DNA of 64,000 nt from Thiotrichales bacterium (GCA_947478175.1 CANJUQ010000008.1:4761-68760); one strand, 5' to 3'. Shown: positions 47,050 to 56,668, numbered from the stretch's first letter. Program-made: numbers and translations. Notes: generated from the sequence alone by a model not told the origin.

Positions 47050-47457
47050 ATGAATCAGCAAACCCTAGAAATCATGGCTAAACAAGCCATTGAAGCCCAA
47101 GAAAAAGCCTATGCGCCTTATTCAAAATTCAAAGTCGGGGTTTGTTTAGAAAGTTCAGACGGTCGATTATTCACAGGCTGTAATGTCGAGAATGTTGCCT
47201 ACCCTGTCTGTCAATGCGCCGAAGCGACGGCTGTTGGAAAAATGGTTTCTGAAGGATCATTAGAAATTAAAACTATTTTCTTAGTCGCCAGCACGCCAGA
47301 ACCCATCTGGCCTTGCGGTGGCTGTAGACAACAGTTGGCTGAATTCGCTCAGCCTAACACGCAAATTTATTCGGAAACTCGATCCGGCATTCGTGCGCAG
47401 TGTTCTTTTTCTGAACTACTCCCTAAGCTGTTCTCCAAGGCTATTTTAAATAAATAA
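47050..47457 (+). CDS. cdd: cytidine deaminase (homotetrameric type)
   Basis: Has the zinc ligand motifs CAE and PCGGCRQ. 135 aa. Confidence 0.88.
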   Translation: MNQQTLEIMAKQAIEAQEKAYAPYSKFKVGVCLESSDGRLFTGCNVENVAYPVCQCAEATAVGKMVSEGSLEIKTIFLVASTPEPIWPCGGCRQQLAEFAQPNTQIYSETRSGIRAQCSFSELLPKLFSKAILNK

Positions 47458-47466
47458 AACATCTGG

Positions 47467-48171
47467 ATGAGAATTTTAATTGCCATTCCGACCCTCAATG
47501 AAGTCAATACGATTGAGCCCCTGCTTTTAAGCTTACTGAATGACTCGTCCAAGCCTGACATTATTGTCATCGATGATCATTCTTTAGATGGCACCCCTCA
47601 AATCATTAAAAAAATCCAAACGCAATATCTCAATCGAGTTTGTCTTTTCGAACGTCCTAATAAACATGGCATTGCCAGTGCTTATCTTTTGGCCTTCCAA
47701 CAGGGTCTCAGAAATAATTATGACTGTTTTTTTCAAATAGACGCCGATCTTTCTCATGATCCTTCTGCCATTAGCCAATTTATAATTGCCATTAAACAAG
47801 GCGCAGGCTGTGTCTTGGGCAGCCGTTATATTCCTGATGGCAAAATAGAAAACTGGACTCTTTCACGAAAAATTCTCAGTGCTGCGGGAAATCTTTACGC
47901 CAGAATTTTCTTATGTTTGCCTTATAAAGACGTCACGTCAGGTTATAAATGCTTTAGTCGAAAAGCTTTGCTAGCCCTAGATTTTTCAAAAATTAATTGC
48001 TGTGGCTATGCCTTTCAAATCGAAATGACTTATAGGCTCCACCGCCAAAAAATAAAAATTCTAGAAATCCCCATTATTTTTTCAGATCGAACCCAAGGCA
48101 AATCTAAGATGTCTAAAAAAATTATCTTAGAGGCCATTCTGAAAGTGCCTTTGATGCGATGGGGTTTTTAA
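47467..48171 (+). CDS. GT2 polyprenol-phosphate mannosyltransferase-like glycosyltransferase
   Basis: Has the Dpm1-like pattern IPTLNE...VIDD.S.DGT...DADLSHDP...GSRY. Confidence 0.8.
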   Translation: MRILIAIPTLNEVNTIEPLLLSLLNDSSKPDIIVIDDHSLDGTPQIIKKIQTQYLNRVCLFERPNKHGIASAYLLAFQQGLRNNYDCFFQIDADLSHDPSAISQFIIAIKQGAGCVLGSRYIPDGKIENWTLSRKILSAAGNLYARIFLCLPYKDVTSGYKCFSRKALLALDFSKINCCGYAFQIEMTYRLHRQKIKILEIPIIFSDRTQGKSKMSKKIILEAILKVPLMRWGF

Positions 48172-48518
48172 GTAACCCCGACAAATAACACCCGATTAAC
48201 TTCATCGATATGATGTTTAAACGGCGGGTAAGTAATTAACTCGTAGGCGTTAATATCTACTTTGTAAGGCAAAGAACTTTCATTAAATAAAGTCCAAATT
48301 CGATCCATTATTTTTGTATCTAATGGATCATCAGCATTGCTATAAAGAACTAAATCAATATCTGAATTATCCCGATATTTCCCTGTTGCCCGAGAACCAA
48401 ACAAAGCTACACGATTAATCTGGTGAGCCCAGGGTTTTAAAATTTTTTTAATTATTTCTAAATGGCCATGGCTCAATCCATGATTAATTGGCTGATTAGC
48501 ATTAGTAAAATTAGACAT
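48168..48518 (-). CDS. mntA: MNT-domain nucleotidyltransferase (MntA-type antitoxin)
   Basis: Has the minimal NTase signature FGSRATGKYRDNSDIDLVL. Start at ATG 48518, overlapping the hepT stop by 8 nt. Confidence 0.8.
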   Translation of the reverse strand: MSNFTNANQPINHGLSHGHLEIIKKILKPWAHQINRVALFGSRATGKYRDNSDIDLVLYSNADDPLDTKIMDRIWTLFNESSLPYKVDINAYELITYPPFKHHIDEVNRVLFVGVT

Positions 48519-48924
48519 CTTGCGAACCTGCCAAAGTCTCATAAAGATTTTTTAAGCAAGCCAAATACTGTTGTTCAATATCTGTGATAACTGATTCAAA
48601 CTGTTTCAAATCATAGGTATGACTCATCTTGTTTCGATCATCTAGTGCTTGCATCCAAATGTCGCCCTGATGGATTAATCGACTGGCAATAGCTTCTTTA
48701 ATCACAGCTCTGGGTGTGATTTGCTCAAATACAACATTCTGGCTTTCTAAATAATCTTTCATGGTCTTCCAAGCCAGCTCAATGCTGTATTCAAAACGTT
48801 GAATCACTCCTTCTTTTTCTAGTGTACTGAGACCACGTTCTTTTTTTTGATCTATGGATTCTTGGAGTAAAAAGTAAGCCCGTTTGAAATTATCAAAACG
48901 ATATTGCCAGCGTTTCTTTTCCAT
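48511..48924 (-). CDS. hepT: HEPN-domain protein, HI0074 family (HepT-type toxin)
   Basis: RWQYRFDNFKRAY...IQRFEYSIELAWKTMKDYL...DRNKMSHTY contains the Rx4H HEPN motif. Confidence 0.8.
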   Translation of the reverse strand: MEKKRWQYRFDNFKRAYFLLQESIDQKKERGLSTLEKEGVIQRFEYSIELAWKTMKDYLESQNVVFEQITPRAVIKEAIASRLIHQGDIWMQALDDRNKMSHTYDLKQFESVITDIEQQYLACLKNLYETLAGSQDV

Positions 48925-49104
48925 GATTTTTACTCTTAACCCCTATTATTTTTGGCCGCGAATAATGCACGCTAAGCTCTATTCAGGCAAATAGAGCAAG
49001 ACCATAAATCCATACCCATTTAAGCTAACTCGTAATTGACATCCCCCCTCTCAAAATATCTACTTCCCGCCCGATTTTTGACTGACTTCCTGGCTTAGAT
49101 AAAC

Positions 49105-52038
49105 ATGACTATTGCTGACTATCTCTCTGCCCTTCGCCATTCTAATTTCTCTGGCGAAATTCGAACGGATTTCTCGACTCGACTGGCTTTATCGACTGAC
49201 AACAGTATTTATCAAAGAATTCCTGAAGCCGTTTTATTTCCCAAGACTCATCAAGATATTGTCGAAATTTTTAAACTGGCCGGAAAACCAGAATTTAAAA
49301 AAATCAGATTTTCTCCCCGAGCTGGCGGCACTGGGACTGACGGTCAATCTTTAACGTCAGATATTTTGATCGACTGTTCGAAATATTTGCGAGAAATCTT
49401 AGAAATCAATCTCGAAGCCGGTTATGCCCGAGTCCAAGCAGGCGTGGTCTTAGATCAATTAAATAATATCCTTAAACCCCATGGCGTATTTTTTGCCCCT
49501 CAAGTTTCACCGTCTAACAGAGCTTGCATTGGCGGGATGTTTAATACGGATGGATGCGGCCTAGGGTCTGCTAAATATGGCCGAACGAGTGAGCATGTTT
49601 TAGGGGTCACCGCCGTTTTGATTAATGGCGAAGTTTTAAATACTCAAGCCAGAACTTTGCCTTTATCTAATCACCAAAATCTCTCGCCCACAGAATTAAA
49701 TCTCAGTGAGAAAATTTTAACCTGGCTCTCTGAGCATCAAAATTTAATTCAAGAAAAAGCCCTCAAAATGCCCAGATTTCTCACGGGCTACAACTTATTG
49801 CACCCACTTCAAAATAATCAATTAGACCTCACAAGATTGCTTTCAGGTTCTGAAGGGACATTGGCCATGATCACAGAACTGACGGTCAAACTTACTCCCT
49901 TGCCTAAACATAAAGCTTTACTAGTTATTAAATATTTAGATTTTGATCGGGCTTTAAGACATGGCGCTTCACTGTTAATTCACCAACCCGAAGCGACAGA
50001 AACCATTGATGACAAGATTATTAATCTCGCCCGAAAAGACGAAGTTTTTCTGAAAGTAAAACCCATGTTTGAATATGACGGCCCGGATGAAACCACGCAG
50101 GCGATTAATTTAATTGAATTCACTCATGAGCATCCCCAGGCTTTGTTAGACAAAATTCAAGAAATTAAAACTCTTTTAGCTCAAGACACTCAAATCAATG
50201 GGATTTTTATAACTCAAGACCCCAAAGAAATTTCAGCTTGGTGGGAACTTCGTAAAAAAAGCGTGGGCCTTTTAGCTAATTTACCTGGCAAACGTCAGCC
50301 CGTTCCCTTTGTCGAAGATACGGCCGTCGATCCTTCTGTGTTGCCAGAATTTATTCGGGATTTTCGAGCTGTCTTAGATCAGGACAATTTGGTCTATGGC
50401 ATGTTTGGGCACATAGATACTGGCTGTATTCATGTCAGACCGGCGTTAGATATGACCGATCCTGACGATGCTAAAAAAGTTAAAATTATTTCAGACAAAA
50501 TTCAAAAACTCGTTAAACACTATGGCGGCTTACTTTGGGCTGAACACGGTGCTGGATTTCGTAGTCATTATATTCCTGAATACTTTGGGCCAGAGCTCAC
50601 TCAGCTCATGGTAAAAATCAAAACATTATTTGATCCAGAGAACCAACTCAACCCAGGCAAAATTATTTCGTCAGATCCCAGTATTCCTATTGTCAGACCC
50701 GGCGAAGAATTAAGAGCAACACGAGAATCTCAAGTACCCAGTGATGTAAGACATCAATTTGAGAAAGCCTTCAAGTGCAATGGCAATGCCATCTGTATGA
50801 ACGTCATGCCAGACATCGCGATTTGCCCGTCTTATAAAATCACACGAGATCGAGTGCATTCACCCAAAGGTCGGGCTGTTTTAATGCGAGAATATCTCCG
50901 ACAAGAATCATTAGGTGAAATAGATTTATCTTTTGCTGAAGAAGTTAAAAAATCCATGGATGGTTGTTTAGGCTGTAAATCTTGTGTTTCTGGCTGTCCT
51001 GTCAATGTCGATGTACCGAGTTTTAAAAGTGAATTTTATGCACGGTATTACCGATCTAAACTCAGGTCTTTACGAGATATTTTGACGGCGAATTTTGAGC
51101 GATTGACGCAGATCAAGGCATGGTTTGTAAACATTGGTGGTAGGTGCTTATCGAGGGCGGACACGCAGGTCCGCCCCTACAGGAAAAATCAAAAAATTAG
51201 GTTCGCTACAAGAATAACTGGCCTCGTCGATCTCCCGAAAATTTCTAAAAATCTTTCGCTTTTAAAACAAATCCCCAAAGCCAATTCTAAAAATATTTCC
51301 CAGGCCCAAAAACCTATTTTATTAATGGGCGATGTTCTGACCCGCTTTCATCATCCTGAATTATTACTCGACGCTGCCAAGTTAATAAAAAAACTAGGCT
51401 ACACGCCCCTACTATTACCATTTATTCAAAACGGAAAATCTTTTCACGCCCTGGGATATCTTAAAAAATTCGAATATTTAGCTAAAAAAAATCAGCAATT
51501 TTTAAAAAAATATTTTGATCAAAATATTCCCATCTTGGGCATCGAACCGGCTTTGACGCTCGCTTTTCGAGATGAATATAAAAATATTTTAGAAAAAAAT
51601 AATAATAAAATAGGGTTTTCAGTCCAATTGATTTCGGAATGGTTAGAAAAACTGGATCTTTCTGGTTTAAAGGGCGGACACGCAGGTCCGCCCCTACGAA
51701 TGCCCTCAAAGTCTTATGCTTTTATTTCCCACTGTTCTGAAAAATCCCTCGTGCCCTACTCTGCAAAACACTGGCAAAAAATATTCACACAAATGGGATT
51801 AGATTTGATTTTGCTCGAAGCAGGTTGCTGTGGCATGGCGGGTGTCTATGGCCATCAGATAGAACATCAAGAAAACTCTAAAAATCTCTATGAACTTTCC
51901 TGGGAAACTCATGTCAAAAATTATGGGGAAAACTTACTAGCCACGGGCCATTCCTGTCGATCTCAAATAAAAAGATTGGGGGGGGGAAATATCAAACACC
52001 CTCTATCTGTTTTGACGTCTTATTGGCTTAATGATTAA
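49105..52038 (+). CDS. FAD-linked oxidase fused to Fe-S/CCG-domain oxidoreductase (YdiJ-like)
   Basis: 977 aa with an N-terminal FAD-binding PCMH-type domain (GGTGTDGQS). The middle region has the 4Fe-4S motif CLGCKSCVSGCP and the C-terminus has Cys-rich CCG-type repeats. Confidence 0.82.
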   Translation: MTIADYLSALRHSNFSGEIRTDFSTRLALSTDNSIYQRIPEAVLFPKTHQDIVEIFKLAGKPEFKKIRFSPRAGGTGTDGQSLTSDILIDCSKYLREILEINLEAGYARVQAGVVLDQLNNILKPHGVFFAPQVSPSNRACIGGMFNTDGCGLGSAKYGRTSEHVLGVTAVLINGEVLNTQARTLPLSNHQNLSPTELNLSEKILTWLSEHQNLIQEKALKMPRFLTGYNLLHPLQNNQLDLTRLLSGSEGTLAMITELTVKLTPLPKHKALLVIKYLDFDRALRHGASLLIHQPEATETIDDKIINLARKDEVFLKVKPMFEYDGPDETTQAINLIEFTHEHPQALLDKIQEIKTLLAQDTQINGIFITQDPKEISAWWELRKKSVGLLANLPGKRQPVPFVEDTAVDPSVLPEFIRDFRAVLDQDNLVYGMFGHIDTGCIHVRPALDMTDPDDAKKVKIISDKIQKLVKHYGGLLWAEHGAGFRSHYIPEYFGPELTQLMVKIKTLFDPENQLNPGKIISSDPSIPIVRPGEELRATRESQVPSDVRHQFEKAFKCNGNAICMNVMPDIAICPSYKITRDRVHSPKGRAVLMREYLRQESLGEIDLSFAEEVKKSMDGCLGCKSCVSGCPVNVDVPSFKSEFYARYYRSKLRSLRDILTANFERLTQIKAWFVNIGGRCLSRADTQVRPYRKNQKIRFATRITGLVDLPKISKNLSLLKQIPKANSKNISQAQKPILLMGDVLTRFHHPELLLDAAKLIKKLGYTPLLLPFIQNGKSFHALGYLKKFEYLAKKNQQFLKKYFDQNIPILGIEPALTLAFRDEYKNILEKNNNKIGFSVQLISEWLEKLDLSGLKGGHAGPPLRMPSKSYAFISHCSEKSLVPYSAKHWQKIFTQMGLDLILLEAGCCGMAGVYGHQIEHQENSKNLYELSWETHVKNYGENLLATGHSCRSQIKRLGGGNIKHPLSVLTSYWLND
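51155..51183 (+). repeat. REP-like hairpin (family A) inside the YdiJ-like gene
   Basis: GGGCGGAC-acgcag-GTCCGCCC-CTACAGG. Translated as RADTQVRPYR. Confidence 0.8.
51672..51700 (+). repeat. REP-like hairpin (family A) inside the YdiJ-like gene
   Basis: The same 26-mer as at 51155. Translated in another frame as GGHAGPPLR. Confidence 0.8.
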
Positions 52039-52043
52039 TCAAT

Positions 52044-52979
52044 TTACAGCCCCATATCAGCTAAAAGCCAATTTAATAGCTGTTTGAATCTTTCACTGGG
52101 AACCCCTGTTCCCAGTATTTTATTTTCAAATTTTGTGACAGGCAGCAAACCAAAACTAGTCCCAATCATCATGACATCTTGAGCCTGTAATAAATCATCC
52201 ATCAAGATAGGCCTAACGGCTGTTTTCCAGCCTTGTTGTTTAGCTAGATTAAATAATCTTCCCATCGTCGTTCCCTGCAAAATAAAATCAGGCATCGGAC
52301 AAGTTAAGATTCCTGCTGAATCAATAATAATAAAATTCTCGGTCGCACTTTCTGTCAAATAATTTTGATCATCTAGACCCAAGACATAATCAAGACCCCG
52401 GTCTATGGCTTCTTTTCGCATCAAAACATTGGGTAAATAATTACAAGATTTCATGCGGGCTAGCCAAGAAGGTTTTCCAGGAATTTTACTAATTCCAATA
52501 TTCACTCCCTTCTCATATTTCTCAGCAGGCGTTGGATTAAATTTGGTCACGGCCAAATAAAACTGGGGCCCCGTGGGTTCATAAGGGTTGACAGAAAAAT
52601 TACCGGGACCGCGAGATAAATAGGCCCGAATCATGGTGTCTGGGTGATTCGCAATTTTTAAAGTTTCCAAAATAATTTCTTTCATACCTGCTTGGCTCAT
52701 AGGGGGTTCTAAAGAAATAGTTTTGGCTGAACGCCAGAATCTTTCTAAGTGCGCGTCGAATAAATACACCTGATGATTAATCGCTCTTAAAGTCTCAAAG
52801 ACCCCATCACCTCGTGTGACCAAATGGTCATCCATGGGAACAATCATCCAATGGGGATCCGTCGTGATGCCACCCAGCCAAGTGGAATAGCAGGCAAGAT
52901 AATCTTTAAAGAAGGGGTTTTGTTGGGATTTGATGTTTTGAATAATCTGGGATTCGTTTAATAAAACTGGGGGATGCAT
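52044..52979 (-). CDS. class IV (fold type IV) aminotransferase family protein
   Basis: 311 aa with a branched-chain/D-amino-acid aminotransferase-like sequence pattern (RGDGVFET...H..R...S). Confidence 0.75.
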   Translation of the reverse strand: MHPPVLLNESQIIQNIKSQQNPFFKDYLACYSTWLGGITTDPHWMIVPMDDHLVTRGDGVFETLRAINHQVYLFDAHLERFWRSAKTISLEPPMSQAGMKEIILETLKIANHPDTMIRAYLSRGPGNFSVNPYEPTGPQFYLAVTKFNPTPAEKYEKGVNIGISKIPGKPSWLARMKSCNYLPNVLMRKEAIDRGLDYVLGLDDQNYLTESATENFIIIDSAGILTCPMPDFILQGTTMGRLFNLAKQQGWKTAVRPILMDDLLQAQDVMMIGTSFGLLPVTKFENKILGTGVPSERFKQLLNWLLADMGL

Positions 52980-53264
52980 AAGGGGCCTTATTTTATTTTT
53001 GTGTTTTAGCAGACAGCTTAATCAAGCTATTGCGCCATCAAAAACAGGTTAACTCCAGAAATATATTACTATTATGGAATTCATTCCATTTTAGTTTTAA
53101 GTAACCAGTTAATAAACATGGGATTTATAGATTAAATTTATGTGATGCTGGAATTACGAGTGTCCTCGCTAATCAATCTAATAAACCCCCAATACAATCT
53201 CGCGTATGAATTTTCCAATCACTATAATGGCCGCCTTTTTCCCATCTAGAGTTTCTCAAAAATC

Positions 53265-54017
53265 ATGCGTGACTATGCCAAGAAATCTTTTAAACCTACG
53301 CCTACCCCGGCTTTTAATACCCCTGGCAATATTCCCAGTGATTTAAATAAAAACCCTTCTAAAAACAATACCTGGCAATATTGGGGAGTCGCTCTAGCAA
53401 TAGCCCTAGGCGGGTTATTCACAATCCAAATGATTTATAAACATTTTCATCATGAGCCCCTCACATCCGCTCAAAATAATCAAAACGCCCCGATCAAAAC
53501 CTTACCTACTGTTAATCCCAATACCCCGCCAAAACCTGTCTTTGATTTTTATAACATGCTGCCTAAGCAAACCCCCACACCCCCTCAAACTAATTCTGCT
53601 CAGACTAATTCTTCTCAGAGCAATCCTTCTAACAACCCCTCTAATAATCTCTCCAATAATCCAATAACTAATGAACCGGCCCCCATTCTTTCAGCTAGCC
53701 CAACTGGCATGACTCCTCAAAATAATGCCGCGGCTCCCATCTCGACTATTTCCAGTAATTCAGCCAGTGCGGATAAACCCAGCGCCTATTTAATCCAAGT
53801 CGGCGCCTATCGAAATAAAGATGCCGCCAGAAGCATGCAAGCCCGGTTATTACTTCTGGGGCTTCACCCCAGTATTTCTCCAATGGATTCTGGCTGGTAT
53901 CAAGTCACCCTGGGGCCATTTAGTTCTATTAATACGGCTAAGAATATTCGCCATAAATTACAAAGTTCCCGGATTAATAGCGCAGATATCAAGCCTGTTG
54001 TGACCAATCAGAAATAA
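53265..54017 (+). CDS. SPOR-domain cell-division protein (FtsN/DedD-like)
   Basis: Has a short cytoplasmic N-terminus, one TM helix and an Asn/Pro/Ser/Gln-rich linker. The C-terminal SPOR motif is YLIQVGAYRNKDAARSMQARL...GWYQVTLGPF. Confidence 0.78.
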   Translation: MRDYAKKSFKPTPTPAFNTPGNIPSDLNKNPSKNNTWQYWGVALAIALGGLFTIQMIYKHFHHEPLTSAQNNQNAPIKTLPTVNPNTPPKPVFDFYNMLPKQTPTPPQTNSAQTNSSQSNPSNNPSNNLSNNPITNEPAPILSASPTGMTPQNNAAAPISTISSNSASADKPSAYLIQVGAYRNKDAARSMQARLLLLGLHPSISPMDSGWYQVTLGPFSSINTAKNIRHKLQSSRINSADIKPVVTNQK

Positions 54018-54027
54018 CTTCGATTTT

Positions 54028-55866
54028 TCACCTCAAAAAAACACTCGCCGTGATCATCAAAATCACCCAATAAATCAGCGTCACCCATAACCCGACGCCG
54101 ATAAAATCTTTCAATCGATAACCCCCGCCCCCAGAAATCAAAGTACTGACTTGGTGCGTGGGTAACACAAACGCATTAGAGGTCCCTAACGCCGTCACAA
54201 TGGCGAACATTCTGGGATCTGCATGAATGCTATGCGCCAGAGACATCGCAATAGGCACTAGCGCCACCGTGGCTCCAACGTTAGTCATCAGTAAAGAACT
54301 AAATCCTGCAATCAAAACCAAAAGACTCAAAACTAAAAACCAATGATCCACTCCAAAAATAGCCAGAATCCAACCTGAAATATGACTCGCCAAGCCAGAC
54401 TCTTGAATAGACAACCCAAAGGGAATCAAACCCGCCATTAAAAAAACAGTTTTCCAGCTAATGCTTTTATAGGCCTCATCCATTTCGACAATTTTTAATA
54501 AAATCATTAAGACCGCCCCGAGCATCAAACAAGTCGAAATAGAAAGATTCGAAAATAAAATCGTTAATAAACTCACTAAACAACAGCCAACGGCCGGCAT
54601 CATCCGATGTCTTAAATAAACCTGACGTGGATATTCCGTGGTCACAATGGCAAATTCATGATGTTTTTCGAGTAGCTGTAAAGCGTCCCACTGGGCAAAA
54701 ATCCCCAAAGCATCACCTGATCTTAGGGTTATCTCTTTCATCTCTTCACCATGATAAAAACGCTGCCCTCTAAAAACAGCCAAGACCTGCAAACCATATT
54801 GCCGTCTCATGTGAAGTTCATTCATTTTTTGGCCAATCAGCGCGGATCCTGGCGGGATAATAATTTCACCAAATCCAGATCTCATGGGATTTAAAATATC
54901 TGCAAAAACTCTGAGCCCTTCTCGAACTCTCAGCCCATGCTCTTCTGCAAATTTTTGAATACTGACTTCATCGCCTACCACCGCAATTCTCGAACTGGGT
55001 GTCAGATGCAATCGTCTTAAAGGCGGCATCTGGATCTCTCCCCCCGTCGCAATTGCTAAGACACAAATATTTCGATCGCCAATTAAGTTTTCGATTTCTT
55101 TGACGGTCATGTCTTTGAGAGAGCTAGTAGGCGTGATTTTTAATTCATAAAATTTTCCGCCATATCCATAGGTCTGTCTAAAAGCTTCTGGGTCTACGCC
55201 GACGCCTGATTTTTCTTCTTTAGGATTGGGCAATTGGCGCAATCCACCCCACATAAAGAAACCAATCACACCGGCTAATAAACAAATCCCAATGGGCGTC
55301 ACCGTAAAAAATCCAATGGGTTTAAATACGCCCAATCCAGAATGGTTCATTAAATCTGTGACCATTAACATAGGCCCCGATCCCACCAGTGTTAAAGTCC
55401 CACCGACAATCGCGCAAAATCCTAATGGCAAATAAAGCTTGGCGCGGGGAATGCCAAAATATAAAGACAGCCTATGAATCACCGGCATCAATAAAGCAAA
55501 GCCCCCTAACGATCTAAAAAACCCAGACAATACTCCAGAAAAAATGGCGAGATAAAAAAAAGCCCGATGGGGATTCCCTTCGGACTTTCTAACAATAAAC
55601 GTCGAAATCGTACTGACCAACCCTGCTTTCTCTATCCCTTTTCCCAGAATCATCACGGCAATCAGCGCAATCACCGCATCAGACGAAAACCCTAAAAAAA
55701 TCTGATCACTGGGAATCAAATGAAAAACACCCAGTAAAACCAGGACAATCAGGGCAACAATATCTTGGCGTAATCTATCCCAGATAAATAACACAACCAT
55801 TAGAAAACCAAGGGCGACAACGCAATATTCATTCAAAGTCAGACTTGAATTTAAATTTAAACTCAT
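54028..55866 (-). CDS. SLC13/DASS-type anion transporter with two central TrkA-C domains
   Basis: Two polytopic halves flank a soluble region of about 200 aa with RCK_C-like repeats. ATG at 55866; the track ORF starts at an upstream TTG. Confidence 0.75.
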   Translation of the reverse strand: MSLNLNSSLTLNEYCVVALGFLMVVLFIWDRLRQDIVALIVLVLLGVFHLIPSDQIFLGFSSDAVIALIAVMILGKGIEKAGLVSTISTFIVRKSEGNPHRAFFYLAIFSGVLSGFFRSLGGFALLMPVIHRLSLYFGIPRAKLYLPLGFCAIVGGTLTLVGSGPMLMVTDLMNHSGLGVFKPIGFFTVTPIGICLLAGVIGFFMWGGLRQLPNPKEEKSGVGVDPEAFRQTYGYGGKFYELKITPTSSLKDMTVKEIENLIGDRNICVLAIATGGEIQMPPLRRLHLTPSSRIAVVGDEVSIQKFAEEHGLRVREGLRVFADILNPMRSGFGEIIIPPGSALIGQKMNELHMRRQYGLQVLAVFRGQRFYHGEEMKEITLRSGDALGIFAQWDALQLLEKHHEFAIVTTEYPRQVYLRHRMMPAVGCCLVSLLTILFSNLSISTCLMLGAVLMILLKIVEMDEAYKSISWKTVFLMAGLIPFGLSIQESGLASHISGWILAIFGVDHWFLVLSLLVLIAGFSSLLMTNVGATVALVPIAMSLAHSIHADPRMFAIVTALGTSNAFVLPTHQVSTLISGGGGYRLKDFIGVGLWVTLIYWVILMITASVFLR

Positions 55867-55990
55867 GGGGATTCTCAAAAATAAATAAAATAAAAATCAG
55901 CGGGAGAGTATACCCATCAAGAATCATTTTGCTGGACGCTTTAACATGCAATGCCCCGCTGTTTTTTTAATTAATCTTTATGGAGTACTC

Positions 55991-56518
55991 ATGAAAATCT
56001 GGAGTCACAATATTAAAAACAATGTTCTAGAAGACTCTTTTGGGCATCGCGGAACAGAATTTCTAAAAACAAAACCCTGCCGGTCTTTTCATGTAGCCTG
56101 GGAAGGTGCTCCTGATAAGACAAAATCTCTCGCTTTAATTTTTTTAGATTATGAGGCCATTCCTGTCTGCGGATTTCCCTGGATTCATTGGACCGTCGCG
56201 AATATTCACCCTGGCCAAAATGGCTCTGGTGCGCTTCATGAAAATATGAGCATGGAAAAAAAATTACTAGAAGGTGTCACCAGCTGGAACTCAGGCTTAC
56301 TCCCCAAAGAATGGTATTTAGATAAAGAAGACGCCAGTGGTTACGGTGGCTGCGCCCCTCCTGATAAAGCTCATCTCTACAGCATTGATTTATATGCCTT
56401 GGATACAGCGCTAGATCTTCAAAGAGGCTTTTTCATGAATGAATTAACCAGTCAAATGAAAGGCCATATTTTGGCTCATGCGACCATGGATTTTTGGTAC
56501 AAGGCGAAAGATCAATAA
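55991..56518 (+). CDS. YbhB/YbcL (PEBP, Raf-kinase-inhibitor-like) family protein
   Basis: Has PWIHW and GYGGCAPPDKAHLY motifs. Start at ATG 55991, after GGAG. Confidence 0.8.
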   Translation: MKIWSHNIKNNVLEDSFGHRGTEFLKTKPCRSFHVAWEGAPDKTKSLALIFLDYEAIPVCGFPWIHWTVANIHPGQNGSGALHENMSMEKKLLEGVTSWNSGLLPKEWYLDKEDASGYGGCAPPDKAHLYSIDLYALDTALDLQRGFFMNELTSQMKGHILAHATMDFWYKAKDQ

Positions 56519-56591
56519 AATTTCTCCAATTAAAAAAGCGCGCAGTGGATCAAGTTCCAAAACATGAAATTCCTGACTTTTTGACACAAGC

Positions 56592-56617
56592 GCCATAAAG
56601 TCAATTGACTTTATGGC
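56592..56617. promoter_or_regulatory. perfect 26-bp palindrome
   Basis: GCCATAAAGTCAA|TTGACTTTATGGC, 52 nt upstream of the ATPase gene. No T-run follows it. Confidence 0.4.
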
Positions 56618-56668
56618 ATAAACGCTAAAAAATCATATAAGATCTATAAAAAAATTAGGTGGGAAATC

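Noticed and set aside
53084-53099. Short palindrome ATGGAAT-tc-ATTCCAT in the spacer upstream of the SPOR gene
   Set aside because: The 7-bp arms sit in AT-rich DNA and are within chance expectation. There is no supporting context.
53452-53667. 71-aa and 60-aa ORFs (+) inside the SPOR-protein gene
   Set aside because: They are alternative frames of Pro/Asn/Ser-rich low-complexity coding DNA. The SPOR-domain frame is the supported one.
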